Source: Octopus sinensis (Eukaryota). From it: a DNA stretch of 64,000 nucleotides. The DNA is taken from assembly GCF_006345805.1 (NCBI RefSeq), contig NC_042999.1:111290001-111354000 (forward strand). The letters are read 5' to 3'. The notes beneath the pieces are model-generated. The model worked only from the letters and a program-made list of their open reading frames with translations. It ran no database searches and was not told the DNA's origin. Every line of letters begins with the position of its first letter. The first letter of the stretch is position 1. Positions 26,471 through 42,324 of this stretch are shown one piece after another. The translations under genes and the position numbers were made by a program.

Positions 26471-28009
26471 ACAAACATACATGTATACATATAGGACGGA
26501 TTTTCTCGATGATTCCGTCCGCATAATTCACTCTTAATTCAGTAGTTCATGCGTGGCTATAGCATAAGACAGATGCCTAAGATACCGCAAGGTGAGACTG
26601 GCCGCCAAACCAATGTGGTTGCAAAGCGAAGTTAACTCCACAGCCATGCCTTACATCGTGCTATAGAGCATAGCATTCTGTAAGAAAATAGAAAAACACT
26701 CAACTACGATTTTTCGACGATACTTCTTTCAAATATTCACCAACGGAGAAGCCTACGCATTGATAGTCACATGTACTCTTAACTTAATTCTGAGAAATAA
26801 TCTGGCTTATTCGGTTACATATAATTGATCCAACTCGCTTCCAAACAGTTTCTGTCTAAACAATTCTCTAACAAGCCTTGAACTACTATGAGGTTATGTG
26901 AATGGCAACCATCTTGAAATTATGTTTTAAGAAACTCATAAGTATTATGCTTCGAAATTATCATTGGATAACTTGAAAAAAAATAAATGTAAAAATATGA
27001 TCTCCTTTGTAGTTGTCTCCTATCTTGTTCGGACAAGAATCAATAACTTGCTATCTAAAAACATTAATTTAGCAACATTTTTGTTTTATTTGGGATCCGT
27101 TTGTATCTAGAGAGAATGAAATTTTGCAGAACCGATTAGTTAAGTTTTGAGCTGCCCCTAACACGCCAGGATCAACTATCTCCTGTGCTGTTCCTGCTGA
27201 CTCTCTCATCGAGGCTGAAATTACTTATTCAGGTTGAATGTCTGTCTTGGCACTCATTCTGTAATGCTGATATTGCATGAAGATTACATTAACGAGTCAA
27301 GTATCTGAGGAATACTCAATCATTTGCACGATGTATCTAGACACCAAAATACCCACCTTTGGTCTATCTGATCAGGGGTAGAAGAATGCAGAGCAGTATA
27401 TTTAAAGCCGGTTTGGCCACAGGAGTTACCTGAAAATATACGAGTTGAACGCCAGTGCGGCTTTAAGGGCTCCACTTAAAATTTCTCATGAAGTTTTTTT
27501 TCGTAAGGCAGCGAGGCTAGTTACCCTTTGCTGGAAATACGTAGCTTTTAGCAATTGCAGTCAGCCAGAGCCATCTAACTCCGCACGTCTTGTCATGTAG
27601 TGTTATCACGCCTTGAAATATTGATAGAGGCCACTGTGCATGGTATTTTCTATCACTCACTAACATTTCTCTCCCAGTCGGTTTCTTTTATTCTTAGTCT
27701 CCTTCGACTTTCTCTCTATGTCTCCTTCAGTTTCTCCTTCTCTCTTTCCCTCTTATATTAAACAGTTATATGTTCATCCGAGATATGAACTATTTAACTT
27801 ACAAGCTAAAAATAGAACCTCTAGACAGTCACTCAAACTACACGAAATGACAGCTAAATTATTGATAGAACAAGCAGAATCCTTATTGCAAAAAGCGACG
27901 GAGGCCCTAAATGTTTGCATAGGCATATGTGTAGATGCCTGTATTGCTTCAAACGTTATCAGCGTATGCAAATGTATGATTCAGATGCACGCACGTATAT
28001 ATATGTATA

Positions 28010-28145
28010 TATGTATGAATGTATGTATGTATGTATGTATGCATGTATGTATGTATGTATGTATGTATGTATGTATGTATGTATGTATGTATGTATGTAT
28101 GTATGTATTTATGTATGTACGTATGTATGTATGTACGTATGTATG
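28010..28145. repeat. (TATG)n microsatellite
   Basis: Directly visible. Confidence 0.95.
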
Positions 28146-28886
28146 TGTGTGTTTATATATGAGCGTGTCTATAGATACATATGTACATACATGTGTGTGT
28201 GTATGAAATTCTTGTAAGGCTGTGGAAACCCATTGATGTGCATTAACGCGGGGAGTGACATGGACTTAGAGCTACTGTAGAACCCACCTGTGTTTATATG
28301 CACACACCTATACACGCCTTATTACGCATTCATATTAATTTGGACTTCGCTTTTGAAATCTCAATTATATTATCGGTTTCTCCTTAAGACTCCTCCTCTA
28401 TCTTTCATTTTTCTCTCACTATTACCTATTGTATTTCAGGCACATCTTTCTCTTTAAATTATATATTTTCCTCCTATTTTCTTTCACCCTTGCTCTTTGC
28501 TTCTTTTTCTTCTCATACTTTCTCTTCGTTTTTAAATCTATTCCTCTCAATCTCTCCCAAACTTGTTTAAAAGAAAATCAGCTAAGTTATTTGAAAACTT
28601 AAAATTGCATTTTTATACGAAATATTCTTGATGATATATCAAACCTTCATCTTTTCCTACAAGCAACAATCATCATCAGCAGAAACAACAACATAAAATC
28701 CCCTGTCTTCTCCTCCAAGTCCAACCAACCTTCATACATACAAACCCCCAAATTACTTATATATATAAACAAAACAATTAAGCAATTCATATTTTCACAT
28801 TCAAAACATACACATATATACATAGATCAACACATGTACAAAGAAATGAAAGTCAACCAAATATTTCTAAATATTATATTTGCATA

Positions 28887-28894
<8 letters not shown>

Positions 28895-28922
<28 letters not shown>

Positions 28923-29047
28923 TGTATGTATGTATGTATGTATGTATGTATGTATGTATGTATGTATGTATGTATGTATGTATGTATGTATGTATGTATG
29001 CATGTATGTATGTATGTATGTATATATGTATGTATGTATGTATGTAT
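28895..29047. repeat. (TATG)n microsatellite
   Basis: Directly visible. Confidence 0.95.
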
Positions 29048-29082
29048 GTGTATTTGCGTGCGTGCGTGTGTGTGTGCCCCTG

Positions 29083-29113
<31 letters not shown>

Positions 29114-29667
29114 TTGGAAATGATCGTAGGCAATGACAGTTTGCATTTTGATGGCTGGTGTTGCCACGCTAGTAAAAGTAAAGTGATGGCAGTAAGTGGC
29201 AGGGGTAGTGAGGGATCATTATACCCATTTTCCAGTCATACACACTCTGACTCACAAACCCACACACGTATGCATACGTATGCACTTTTAGTATGGGCAT
29301 ACATGTAGATCAACATATACAGACGCAGAGACACATGCATAAAGAAATGAGTAATACGTACGAAGATACAAAAAATGATTTACACAAATGCAAAAAATAA
29401 AAAAACTGAATACAGTTGCAGGAAAAATCATAGGAAGTAACAAATGGCAACAAAAAGTTTGTAGAAATAAATATAAAAATATATAAATAATAAATAAAAT
29501 GAATGGTTACGTAATGTTCAATTTACTTAAAAAGCTGCTAATATGTATGTGTGTGTGTGTGCGTGTATGTGTGTGTGTGTGCGTATGTATACATACATCT
29601 ATGTGTGTGCATATATGTATATGTATGTATATAAATGAATGTATGTAGTGTGTGTACACACACACAC

Positions 29668-29819
<152 letters not shown>

Positions 29820-30641
29820 ATATGATTGTATGTATGTATGTATGTATGTATTGCGTCTTTATAACTTGTTTTTAGTTTGTGAAATTAACTTCAAAATTGA
29901 TGCAATTGGAGAATTTGACAACAGTTTGCAGAGGATTTTATATTTCAGATTTCTTACTTATTTTCTTGTTTTCCTTTTTTCCTGTAATTTATTTTTCTCG
30001 AAATTTCAAACTGATAATTTTTTGTCATTGAAGAACGAAAGTGGAATGAAGGGAGAAAGGAAATCATCAAATGAAATATCTTTCAGAGTATTTCTACAAG
30101 TCTATCAAAATGTGTCAACATCCCTTTAACTAGCCTAATAAATAACATTGGTCTTTTCTAGCACCAGTTGAATATTTTATGCTTATGGTATTCAGTATAG
30201 CCTTATTCGTCCTACATCTCCATATACATGCAACTGGTCACACTGAGTTACTTCGCTTAGCTCATTGTTATTTTCATTTATGCAAATAAAAAAGAAGAAA
30301 CTACATCATACTTGTGTTTTGTTCATTTTCTATATTTCAAAGTAAATTGCTCTGCTGGAGTAAAAGTAGAACAACTGGTATGCTGATGACACATATAGAG
30401 GCAGAAACACGTGTCGTAGTTGTTCTTTTATCTCAAGACAATCAGACGGTTCTTTCCTTAACAGCAAGTGAAATGTGGATGATTTTCCTTTACGCGTTAA
30501 TTCAGGAACACGTAACTCCTTTGACCGACAAACTCGTCGCCAAACTAGGGAGATTCTGCCATGCCATATAGTTATTTTTATTAGATCACTTTAATTTAAA
30601 TTGTGCAAATTACCCCCGTGCCAGAAAATTTCTATATGTTT

Positions 30642-30990
30642 AGGTTCGGCTGTGTGGTAAAATGCTTGCTTCCCAATTACATAATTCCGAGTTCAGTCCC
30701 ACTGCGTTGCACTTTAGACAAGCGTCTTCTCCTATAGCCTAAGGCCGATCAAATCCTTTGGTAGACAGAAATTGAAAGAAGCCTGTCATGCATATGCATG
30801 TGTATGTGTGTATATGTGTTTGTATGTGTGTGCATGCGTATATGTACGTCTTTGTGTGTATGTGCGAACGAGACCGATTTAGTAAGTACTAGGCTTTAAA
30901 AAACTCCGATATATTTGATTAAAACCCTTCAATTTGACATGCTCCAGCATGTCAAATGACTGAAACAAGTTAAAGGAATAAAAGAAAAGA
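30642..30990 (+). mobile_element. tRNA-derived SINE (same family as 20706), diverged
   Basis: Shares ggctgtgtggtaa..gagttcagtcccactgcg..ggtagacagaaattgaaagaagcctgtc..aaatgactgaaacaag. Confidence 0.8.
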
Positions 30991-32374
30991 AAGTAGCTTC
31001 TTTTCTGCATTTACGTCACATAACTAATGCCTTGATGACACTGCTAGTGTATAAGACACATGCGCAAGATGTCACCTACTGGGATGGAGCCCGAATCAAT
31101 GCTGTTTCCAAGTGAATTTCTCAAACATGCAGTCATCAACGGAAACTGAAGTGAGAACAGTGATGTTTAAATAAATATCTAAACTATTTTGTTCTACGTC
31201 CGAACATTTGTGCCAGATTCCGATATTTGTCTTTTCACTCAAAGTCCTGACAATTACTTTGGATATTGAGTTCGGTATTTGCTCTTGCCTTTGTAACATC
31301 AAGACCCGTAATACTGGCACTAAGTAATAAAATGGTGTAGTTTAAACATGTTCAGTTTGCTGCAAGCCAAATTTGAGAGCTACTATTTTTTAATTGTATT
31401 AAATCTGGGGCGAAGGACACTATCTGACGCTTTTACACAATCTCTTATTTTAAGATTTAGAAATAACTGAGGTGGATTATGTGATTAATGTTTATTTTGG
31501 TAACTTAAGTTCTCTGTTTGCTGAGAGTAAATATAGATAAGGAGGGAGGTACACAAAAACTCTTTTTCTGGAAAAAGAGTGGGCAAAAAGTTTAATATGG
31601 AATTTGGTAGTTGTAATACAATAATACTTAAGAAGTATTGAGGGAAGGGTTAGTTTCATCACGTTAACAATAACAAAACTAACATTCCATACAAAACATG
31701 TGCTAATGAAGCAAAACGTAGTCCATTTATCATTTTGTAATTTGGTTTCTATTTTTATAAACACAGTGAAAATGAAAAGTGCGTGTATGTATATCTGTAG
31801 CAGTACTAAAAGTAGTATTTGCAAAACGAGTGGAAGAAAGAGGTGGAAGAAAGAATATGAGAGTGAAAGAAATTAAGAGACATAAAAAGAAAGAGAATCA
31901 TAGTGTTCACTCATGTCTCAATCCATTTGTTTTCATAATAAAACCTCAAATTAATTTGTTATAATTTACATCAGCCTGTAAACATTAATTAAACAGATGG
32001 AGTCCATGTTGATAATATTAACTTAACATGTTCCAACAAACTAATTTTGCAGCAAATTTCATTAGCTTACAATTGCATTAAAACAAATGATGTAATTATT
32101 TCCTTCTAATAAACTACCTGCAAGAGTTCAATATCAATTTAATAAATGTTCCAAATTAACCAATCTCTACTAATAAAAATACCACTGTAAGCTCATTACT
32201 CTTCAAATTCTCAATTACCAAACTAAAAATGTCTCCAAATTCAATTCACAAGATGGTTATAATTATTACAGCTGTTGACTAAAACATGATAATATTCCAA
32301 ATAGAAATTCATTTCTGCTTTAAGTATCACATATTATATATATATACAATTATGTATGTATGTATGTATGTATG

Positions 32375-32426
<52 letters not shown>

Positions 32427-32519
32427 GTGTGTGGTGTGTGTGGTGTGTGTGTGTGTGTGTGTGTGTGGTATGTGTATGTGTGTGTGCTTGCGTGCGTGTG
32501 GTGTGTGTGTGTATGTGAT

Positions 32520-33965
<1,446 letters not shown>

Positions 33966-33966
33966 T

Positions 33967-34003
<37 letters not shown>

Positions 34004-34019
34004 ATATATATATAATATA

Positions 34020-34052
<33 letters not shown>

Positions 34053-34301
34053 CGTATATATTTACATATACATATATATGTATGTATGTATATGTATATA
34101 TATATACATACATACATGTAAGTATGTATATATCTGTATATATGCATATATGTATATATACATACGTATATATATATATATTTACATACATATACTCACA
34201 TATATATATTTATGTATGTGTAGGAGGGTGTATAAGTGTATATACATGAAACACGATCTTCCCGAGCAATTAATTTAAGTAAATTACTGCTATATTTGAT
34301 T

Positions 34302-34334
<33 letters not shown>

Positions 34335-34501
34335 CGCCACCCACCACCACTACTATTACCGTTTCTAGTGTTCTACTTACTTTTTAACGAGCGCTTTGAG
34401 CAATTGCCTTCTACTATATTATCCAATCTACTAGATTCTCCAATATAGTTTAACCAACGAACTGCGATGAAATTTACTTGATCGAAATTATAGAGAAAAA
34501 C

Positions 34502-34539
<38 letters not shown>

Positions 34540-35465
34540 TAAAATAGTTTTTGAGGGTATATATGTATCGGCAATGAATTGTCGGTTGATAGACGCCTTG
34601 AAAAATACACTGTAGTACATAGTCCGTATAAAGTATCTTATTTTATGCCAAATAAGGATAAAGAAAGATGGATAAAATTAGATCCACCCAATCTACTGTA
34701 GTTGCCCAGTTGTTCACAATATATAACTGAAACCAGTAGAAGAATGAATTAATGGTTCAAATATATGCAAAAATACACTTGAGTGTATTATATATTGTTA
34801 CTAATTATTTATACATTATTTTCCAAGAAATCTATTTTTGTATCATTAACGAAATATACTCTGTTTGTTAAAGTATTCGCGTAATTTTTAGATTTAAACA
34901 AACTTAATCTAATTTCTACTTATATTGCCGTTGGGTTTGGCTAATATTTTTTTCAATACATTTAATAAATAAATTTTACTTTTACGATTGTATGTACTGC
35001 TATATTTTGATAATGAAGGAACTTGGAACCTAGTCAAGTACTTAGGGTGTTGTAGTCACGGACACATCAGCTCGATTCCTAGACAGGCTGCGTATTTTGT
35101 CCCTGAACGAAGCACTCATTTTCACATTGCTCCACTTGCTTAGCTAAAATAAATACCAGCCGAATACTTGTGTGGCTTTACCGTGTCTCCAGCTGCCACA
35201 AACTAACTACCCCTCTTAGTCAAAGGTATTTAAGTTTGCTTGTAACAACATATGTACCTAAAACAATTTTTGAAAGCATGGTACATGCTCGACTGCTCAT
35301 GACATCTGTAATTTTGTATCTTGATATTTAAATCCATATTTTAATACGTATTATGGTAGACACCGAGAAAGTTCCCTATCCAGTGTAACTACGTAAAATA
35401 ATGGTTGAAGAAAGAGTTCTCGATAGCCTCTATCATTTTAAAGATAACTGAATATATATATATAA

Positions 35466-35523
<58 letters not shown>

Positions 35524-35582
35524 ATCTCGAGTATAACAAGCTGAAATTGCAAAGGTAATCTTTGCAAATATATAATATATAA

Positions 35583-35723
35583 AGCACAGGCGTAGCTCGG
35601 TTACCAACTACATAGTCCCGGGTTCAGTCTCGTTGCGTTGCACTTTGGGTAAGTGTATTCTAGTATAGCCTCGAGCCGACCAAAGCCTTGTGACTGGATT
35701 TGGTAGACGATGTGTGTGTGTGT

Positions 35724-35762
<39 letters not shown>

Positions 35763-35815
35763 CCACACCATCGCTTGACAACCGATATTGATGTGTATTA
35801 TATCCCGCATTATGA
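35583..35815 (+). mobile_element. 3'-truncated tRNA-derived SINE (family of 20706)
   Basis: Shares ggttcagtc..tatagcctcgagccgaccaaagccttgtgactggatttggtagacg. Confidence 0.75.
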
Positions 35816-35869
35816 CAACGTATTTCGTCGTCACTGCGGGACTGGCCTGAACAGCGTATCTGATGACTG

Positions 35870-37345
35870 CTTTTCTTTATTTGGCACACAACCCATGGCA
35901 CAAGGGAGGACGCCGCAAGGACAGACAGAGCACCACTGTGGGGACAAAAACATAAAACGAATGAATGAGAGATGGATAATAGTTAATGAGGATGTAATGA
36001 ATACTTGAACCCCACTCTCAACTGTTTTAATACTAAGTTTCTATATCATTTTTTCCTCTTTTTTCTTTTAGTATCGTATGTGTTGTCTTTAAAATTTAAA
36101 AGCTCACTCACGCTTTACCATCGTATATATGACAAGAAGTCGTCGTAATTCACAACTGGCGGTAGGTCGTCAAACTCTACCCTCACTCCCATTGGGTCTA
36201 TTTCTTCAATTTCTCATATCTTTCTTTGTCTACTATGGCTTTTGTACTTTCTGGATAATGTTCCGTTGGAAATTTAACTTATCACCGATTTAAATTTGGT
36301 GATTTTTCCTTCTATATCTGTGTTTTTTGTATATGTTACTTTATGCCATTTGTTTTGTTTTTTTTCAGTCTTTTGACTATTTGTTCCTGCTGTCTAAGTG
36401 GGTTGTCTGTAATGGTTTCTTTTTCTTTTTCCTTCGTTCTTGATGCTAGTGGAGGTTCATGTAGTGTAAAATGTGTACAGTCTATTTCACTCTCCTTCTG
36501 TTTCTTTACTGGACTCTTCGGAAGTGAGTGAGTTCACTAGCTCTTTTCTTCTTCTTTTGGTTACCTCCGTAAATGGTTCTCCCGCTTCTTTCGTGTATTC
36601 TGCTCCTGTTGGCTTTCCTCGTTTTTATTTTCGCCGAACTGACAGCAAATTGGTGGCCTTCCTTTACCACCACTCTCAACCCTATGTCCTCCGGTAGTAT
36701 TATTTCTTCATCAATTTCATTTAGATCTTGTTGTCCGAACTGGACGATCATTTCTAGTCCGTATCCCTACCAATTTATCTTCTTTGTCCGTGTCACCTCT
36801 AGAAGTTTGGCGTCTTCCTCGGTTTCGTACAGTACGGCTTCCACTAGCCACGCTTCTTTGATTTCTGGTGATACTCTGCCTATTCTCACTCTGGCGGCCC
36901 TTTTGCCGCAGTAGGTAGGAGTACCCATTTTTCTGTCTTCAGCGTCACAGTGGAGTGATTTATTGCCTTTTGTTCGTTGGCAAATCTCACCTGCATCGTG
37001 CCGTATTTTCTGTCTCTAGTATAGAATGTCCTTTAGACATTCTTCAATTGTTTCTTCCGCATCCATCTCTATTTTCTTTGTGGTTGTAGATAGAGTTCTG
37101 TACGCCACTGTTCTTTTCCTGGTACTTGTTGTCACCTCTTGTGGAGTGGTCAGCTTTAAACTGGATCCTTCCTTCTGTGGAGTGGTCAGCTTTATACTGG
37201 ATCCCACCTTCTGTAGTGTTCCTTCAGCTTCTTATGTTCAATTTTAATTTCTTGCACTTCTTGCGAATCCGCACCTTTCCCAGCTGTTAACAGTTAACTT
37301 CCGGCATTTGCTGGAACTGGTACACACACTCCATCTTTTCCTTTT
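35870..37345 (-). mobile_element. ORF1-only (HAL1-like) L1/Tx1-type retroelement, decayed
   Basis: Minus-strand frameshifted gag-like ORF1: RTVAYRTL..GTMQVRFANE..LLPTYCGKRAARVRIGRVSPEIKEAWLV..LRVVV(EG)RPPICCQFG, ending in a degenerate CCHC. It is followed by a charged region and a tail ending aataaagaaaag, with no ORF2 in between. Confidence 0.6.
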
Positions 37346-38346
37346 TTTACAGTTACTTCACCCCAAAATGGAGAAGACAAACACAAAATTTAACAACCCG
37401 CAAGCAAAAACAACAACGGTATATAAAAAATTCACAAAACATGAGTGAAGAGGAGATAATAATTGTGATCCGGCTGAGCTACGGTGCGCAAGTGCGTGTG
37501 TATATGTAAGAATGGTGTGTGTGAATGGGGTCAAGCGCGTGTGAATGTATATCTCGGCAAGCTTAAAATTATGTGGGCCTGTGTGTGCGAATGAGAGCAT
37601 GCGCGCGCGCGCGCGTGTGTGTCTGTTTGTCTGTGTGTGTGCGTGTGTGTATGATCCTTTATATATTGCTACATATGAACTCCTGCCGATTGCTTTGCTT
37701 TCCAGATGACTTGCGGTCAAAAACATAAGTACCACTTAAACACCGGAGTCAATGTAATCGACTTGCCCCCATCTCCCTAATACTGACGACCTTGTGCCAA
37801 AATTTAAAACTAATAATGATAGTTGCTGCTGACATAGGCACAGGGTCAAAAATTTGTTGGTGGTGTTAGTCTATGATATCAATTATAATGTTTAACTGGC
37901 ACTTCATTTTAAAGACCACGAATGTTCAAAGGCTAAGTTAACCTCCGCAGACTTAGGTTTCACAATGCATAGAGTCAGAAAAGTTACCACGAGAATTTTT
38001 TCGGATGCTCAGCCAAAATGTCTCCTTCGATAATTCGTCACCTGAAATTAATTTAAAGCCTTTAATAATGTACACATGTTTATATAATATACATAGACAT
38101 AAGCAGATATGCATATATATATAACGTGTGTGCGTGTGTTTGAATAGGCATATGTCTATATGTGTATGTGTTTGTATAGGTATATGTGTATGTGTATATA
38201 TGCATTCATGTATGTATGCATGTATGACGTGTTTTTCCGCTTTTTACATAATTTTGATCTGATGATTCATATTCCAGGAAAAAAAAATATCCGGCACTTC
38301 TCAAGTCCCTAGCATGGCTGATAAATGTTCCCATACCTGTCATATA

Positions 38347-38382
<36 letters not shown>

Positions 38383-38443
38383 AGAGTGGGTGCATGTGTT
38401 GTACACATGTTTTTTTACGTCTATGTGTGTTTATGTATGTGTG

Positions 38444-38486
<43 letters not shown>

Positions 38487-40429
38487 ACGTATGTATATGT
38501 ATCTGTGTGTGTGTAGTGTAATTTTCTGAAGTGAAGTGTCTGGCAGTCTGGAAGTATGGCAACTAAGCAGAAACAAGCAGGATTATTTGTTAAGCAGAGT
38601 AGCAGACCACCCATTGCATGAAATAGATGTGAAATGAGATAAAAGTGATAAAAAAAAACGTAATAGCAACTAACTTGAATGAAAGGCAGTTGGCAAGTCA
38701 AGTCAACAGAGATTAAAGTCATGCATCGTGCAACTTTGTGGTGTCATATTGCAAAGAAATGACACAAAGCTGCAGAATCACTTGGGACCAGAAGCATTGA
38801 TGTTTCCTTCTTTAAAATGTCTTCTCCCGACCCCACCCAACAGACTCTAGAGTTCTGTCCCGATTCAAATCATCCGCTTTTTCAATAGAGAGAGCTCCTC
38901 CCTCTATCATTTGTAAATTAGAAGAGGTGATAGCTTTGCCCAAGTGAATAACAAAACATCAGACATGAGGGATTGGAGCGGCTAGTTCAATTCCAGACAA
39001 CAGTAGTTTGCATTCTGTTTTCCTTATTATTTGTGTTGTTAATGTTGTTATGGGAGTTGTTGTTGTTTCTATGTTGAAATGCAAGGAGAGGAAGAATCTA
39101 AATGTAAGAAAAACATATCCATTAGTTGTAGAATTTAGTGGATATCATTCTCTAGTTTTGTTTAGAAAAAAAAGGTCAGATTAGAAAATGTAGTCCAGGA
39201 TACAATTTTCTTTTATTCTTTGATTTGTTTTATTTATCTCAACTAAAATAATGGTGGAACCTCGGATAAAATAAATCAGGCTAGTAGTGGATATCACACT
39301 TTGATGTTTGATTATGTCTAAGCTTCTTGAGAATGATTTGGATCAAGATGCTAAATACATATCAGTAAACGACAGAAAAGCTGATAGAAGCAATTTTCAC
39401 GTAGATAGGGCGCTAGTCATTTACAGTTAACTTCTCCATATATTAAAACTCTGCATAGAAACACATCAAAACACTTACAACTGTTTTTAACTGATGGTGT
39501 GTAATCTGACAGATAAAATACTTTATAAATACAGTGATTTTCCTTCAACCATCTCTTGTAATAGCTCTAGAAAATCCTAACCTTATTTTTCATAATTTGA
39601 CATACTGGCACAATAATTGTTAGAAGACAAATTTATCTTTGAACAAATACTTCAAACTGTTCATTTATAGCGTTCTGTTATCTGTCTTAACTTGTTAATT
39701 ATCACTTTCATCTAACAGCATATGCGCCTCTTCCTCGTTTCCTCCACCTTTAGCGGTTTTTCTGCAGAAACCATTTATTTTACTCACTATCATGGTTTTC
39801 ACTGAACTGTGACTTGCCTCTCCATTTTAACTATCCCCATATGCCTCAATTAGATTGGCAGGATAATCTACTGTAAAAGAATCTATCACATCCGACGTAA
39901 TTCAAAAGGAGATGAAAACGCCACTTCCCTAATCATTTACTTCATATCTTTGCTGGTGGTCCCCCTTAAAGTGAATCCATATTTAGGTGACGGAGCTTTG
40001 CAATGGATCGCCTTCACAAGCATTAATATAAAAAAATCCAACGAGAATAATAAAATCAACGCAGACATTAACAGTGATAATTACAAATCACACATACGCA
40101 CACACCTACATATACATATGATTAAATATAAAATTTCATGCCTTTGAAATATATACAATGTATCTATTAATAAGACCAAATAAATAAAACAGTTTTCTTG
40201 TGCTTGTCGTGGTTATTGTTGGTGTTGTTATTGTGGCCTGTGCTGCTATTTCTGTTGCTCTTGTTCTTTGTTTTCTTTACAGTGTTTGATTTTTTTTTTC
40301 TGTTTTATTTCTGATTTCTCTGAAATAATGTAACAACATAATTTAACTGTGTAATGTAATATAATCAGGAGTATGCATATATATATATATATACATAAAT
40401 GCATATATGTATACATACACAGACTCATG

Positions 40430-40485
<56 letters not shown>

Positions 40486-42324
40486 GAGATGGATAGATAG
40501 ATAAATAGATAGATAGATGGATAGATATTCATATGCGTATATATATATATATATATATCCATACATATATACACACGCATATTTAAGATATGCAAGCATA
40601 TACATGCGCACATGTGTATATATACGTGCTTATGTGTGCATGCATGGCGTGTGAGTGTAGATCTATATACAAATATAAATGCACACATATTTGTTTGTGG
40701 ATGTGTATGCGCACACTACACTGTACATATAATACCACAAATTACCCAATTATCTTCCTCGTGTCAACACAACGAAACTGAAACTTCACTCCTAACGATA
40801 CAAATCATGGGACCTAACTGTGTGGGATTTTATCCTATCCCAATTTGCTTTTGTGATTTTACAATTCCTTATGGAGGATTTGAAATTTTAGTATTAGTTC
40901 TTATGTCTTTAACTCAAACATCATACAAATACTGCAAAGTTATGCATGGCTTACTAAGGAATTGTCTTCAGTTTTTCAGAAAAAATAGTGACTTACTTAA
41001 ATGGCTGCCGTTTCATGAGGAAACGAGAAAAATTATTTTCGTTAAAAAAATATAAATGTTGTATTTCCTGTCTGATATATTTTTTTTTATATTGTGATAT
41101 GGTGTAATATATCTCATCGATAGACTACCTTATTGCTTACTACGTTGTAGCTCAATGCTTATCAATTCAACATCTATGGACTGTACATATATATCTCGTT
41201 TCCAAATCTTTGAATTTTAAAAGTAAAGGTTAATTGTTGTTTTTTTTTCAAGAATTACAATGAAAAATATTCTAGCATTCGTCAGTTAGCAGACAAATGA
41301 TCTCAGGTACCTCTTCTGCATGGCTATTAAGAACAGGTTTCTAGACTAGTCTTCTACACTTCCTCACGGCAAAAATTCATCCTATTTCACAAACAAATTT
41401 AAGTGACTCTTAAATTTATCAAAGCCGACCCTAAATACTTTCTCTAGACTCTAACATCTCGGTTTGATAGTAAAATATAGTTGTTAATGTTGCTGCTGTT
41501 GTTGAGGCCCAGATTAGATCTAATCGATCAGACTTCTGCTCAAAGTATTCAAATCCTGTTCATCTCGTCTTTCTGAACATCTGTTATCCAATGTGGTTTT
41601 TATTCTAAATATGGTGCAGTGAGATTCGAAACACATTTGACTACTTCTAGTAGTTCAAGCAACTATGACATTAGAATAAGGAAGTAAGCAATATATAATG
41701 CTTAGATTTACACATACATGCATGCATGCATACCCACATACATATATGCATACACATACATACACACATTTATATATATATTAAAAATGTTGGATTATGA
41801 GCAGTCGGGAAAGGAATGGATAGAGCATACGACGATATTTTGTAACATTAGGATTCTAAAGTATTTGTAAACAAGGAATTATTCAAAAATTATTCCAGCC
41901 TATTAGAAAAACTTGAAAACTGGGATGACGACCTCTATGCTAATTCTCACTACCACAACAGTAGCACAACACTAAAATGTACAATAGCAAAAAAAAATTA
42001 ACCTAGTAAACAAACAACGTTCCCATAATGGTCACTGATGCTGATGATAATGGTGATGATGATGACGCCATCTTGTGTGTTAGTGTTTTTAACATTAAGA
42101 TGGGCGTTTTCTGAGTGAAATAGATAATTAAATGAATAGATACTGCCCCTTACTGGGCAGAAACAACCGCCGAGCACCTGCCAAAAGATTTTATAGTGTT
42201 CTTATTGTCAGTTTATAACGAAAGTTTATAACATATATGAGTAAAGAAAGGGGGAAAAGGACAGTTTAAAGCGTAACTTAAGCGTGTTCGAAAGATCGTC
42301 TAACGTATAATAAAAATGATAATA

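Noticed and set aside
27718-28206. 162-aa ORF as a host exon
   Set aside because: The 3' half is (TATG)n, and the unique part resembles a decayed CR1-type LINE C-terminus (RT..SLKL, SLLQKATEA).
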